From Bythopirellula sp. (GTDB lineage Bacteria; Planctomycetota; Planctomycetia; Pirellulales; Lacipirellulaceae), in NCBI GenBank assembly GCA_965216565.1, contig OZ244170.1:4160001-4224000 (forward strand): DNA of 64,000 nucleotides, written 5' to 3'. This document shows positions 62,855-64,000 of this stretch, piece by piece. Both the position numbers and the translations under genes were made by a program. The first letter of the stretch is position 1; each line of letters starts with the position of its first letter. A model generated the notes under the pieces. It was not told where the DNA came from. It searched no databases and saw only the letters and a program-made list of their open reading frames with translations.

Positions 62855-63817
62855 CTAAAATGGTTTCGGAGCAACAGTCTCTTCGCCATCTCGCGAGCAA
62901 AGCGAGAGGATGATTGTTGGATCTAATTCGTCGCTTAAGAAATGTACTGAGCCATCACAAGCTAGTGAGTGGGCACCTCCGGGATGTTCTGAGAATATAC
63001 GTTCGTCTTCCCAAGCCTTGGGAGGTTCATGGGTATTGACGCCTTTGTTGATATGGCTAATGTTGCTTCCCGATGCCCAAGCTCCATTAAGACTTAATTT
63101 TCCACTCTTCTTAATGTCTACACCTCGACCCGTACACTCCACAATACATATAGTGTTCGAAAGCCCATCAGTAATCTTGCCGATGGTAACAGTCGGCGGT
63201 TCAGTTAGCTGCTTGCCATCAGGCAATCCTTTCGTTCCCAGCAGAATCCCACGTTGGCTGCCATAGTCGACATTACTTGTCGGGTTCTTCTTGTCTTTGG
63301 CGGGCCCAGAGATTCCCAGGTAGTCGATACAACCCAACCCTTCGCCGGCTTGACCTGACAAGTTGATTAGTCGACCGTCGGCGTCGCGGTGTTCTTCAAT
63401 ACGGCTCGTGCTGGGACAAAGATAGATCGGTAGCACAATGCTCGTGGCCGGCAGATTTACGGGATCTGTGAGTGGAATGCTAAAATCGATGAGGTCGTGC
63501 AGTTGCTGTTGTTCTACGTAATCCAGCAAAATGCTGGACCAGGAGTAGTCGAATGTTGACGGGTCATCTCGTGGCCGCGACCACAGCTTGCCAGGCGGAA
63601 ACTTTCCACGCTGGCTCTCGAAATTCAATACAGCCACACCAACTTGACGCAAGTTGTTCTGGCAGATTGAACGTCGACTACTCTCTCGCGCCGCCTGAAC
63701 GGCCGGCAACAGTAGAGCCACCAGCGCACCGACAATGGCGATCACGACCAGCAACTCGACTAACGTAAATCCAGTTTGAACGGCGTTCCGAGCTGGAGCA
63801 ATTCTTAGCGACTTCAT
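62855..63817 (-). CDS. DUF1559 prepilin-type N-terminal cleavage/methylation protein
   Basis: GFTLVELLVVIAIVGALVALLLPAVQAARE, DGLSNT, SEHPGG...DGSV. Confidence 0.92.
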   Translation of the reverse strand: MKSLRIAPARNAVQTGFTLVELLVVIAIVGALVALLLPAVQAARESSRRSICQNNLRQVGVAVLNFESQRGKFPPGKLWSRPRDDPSTFDYSWSSILLDYVEQQQLHDLIDFSIPLTDPVNLPATSIVLPIYLCPSTSRIEEHRDADGRLINLSGQAGEGLGCIDYLGISGPAKDKKNPTSNVDYGSQRGILLGTKGLPDGKQLTEPPTVTIGKITDGLSNTICIVECTGRGVDIKKSGKLSLNGAWASGSNISHINKGVNTHEPPKAWEDERIFSEHPGGAHSLACDGSVHFLSDELDPTIILSLCSRDGEETVAPKPF

Positions 63818-64000
63818 AGCAATTCTTCGAGCGGAGTGTGTATGAGTACAGCTAGGGCCCATTGAGGATCGACAACGTCCAAGGCGGCTTACACTGTTCT
63901 TGGCAGAGAAGCAGTAATTCGATATGAATCGTGAACAGGGTGAGAGGTCAGTTATCGTTTATAGTTTCATTGCGACGGGTTTGAGGAATTAGAATCTTGT

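Overview
This 64 kb window is most likely from a Planctomycetota chromosome (inferred from 'RLxxExLExRxMLA' N-terminal export motifs, DUF1559, a BBP2 porin, PEP-CTERM proteins and a tandem-duplicated UvrA). About 4.4-53 kb is mostly core genome: tRNA-Arg(UCG), Ser/Thr kinase, gyrA, dapL, putA, korAB flanked by two CBS proteins, ribBA, sulfite reductase, pgpA, folD, two RNA methyltransferases and a double uvrA. It is interspersed with several REP-like repeat families and two REP-associated (HUH/Y1) transposases. The standout is an accessory element at about 54.9-61.3 kb. It has a frameshifted large serine recombinase followed by a same-strand cluster: small TM peptide, lipoprotein-like coiled-coil/TM protein, ubiquitin-like protein, E2-like protein with a poly-CxxC tail, JAB protease and E1 (ThiF-like). 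This is an apparently complete bacterial ubiquitin-like conjugation system. A second notable signal is a conserved promoter, long hairpin and TTTTTTCGTGCG leader in front of PEP-CTERM genes, a candidate attenuator or small RNA. All calls are by eye; no database searches or GC computations were run.
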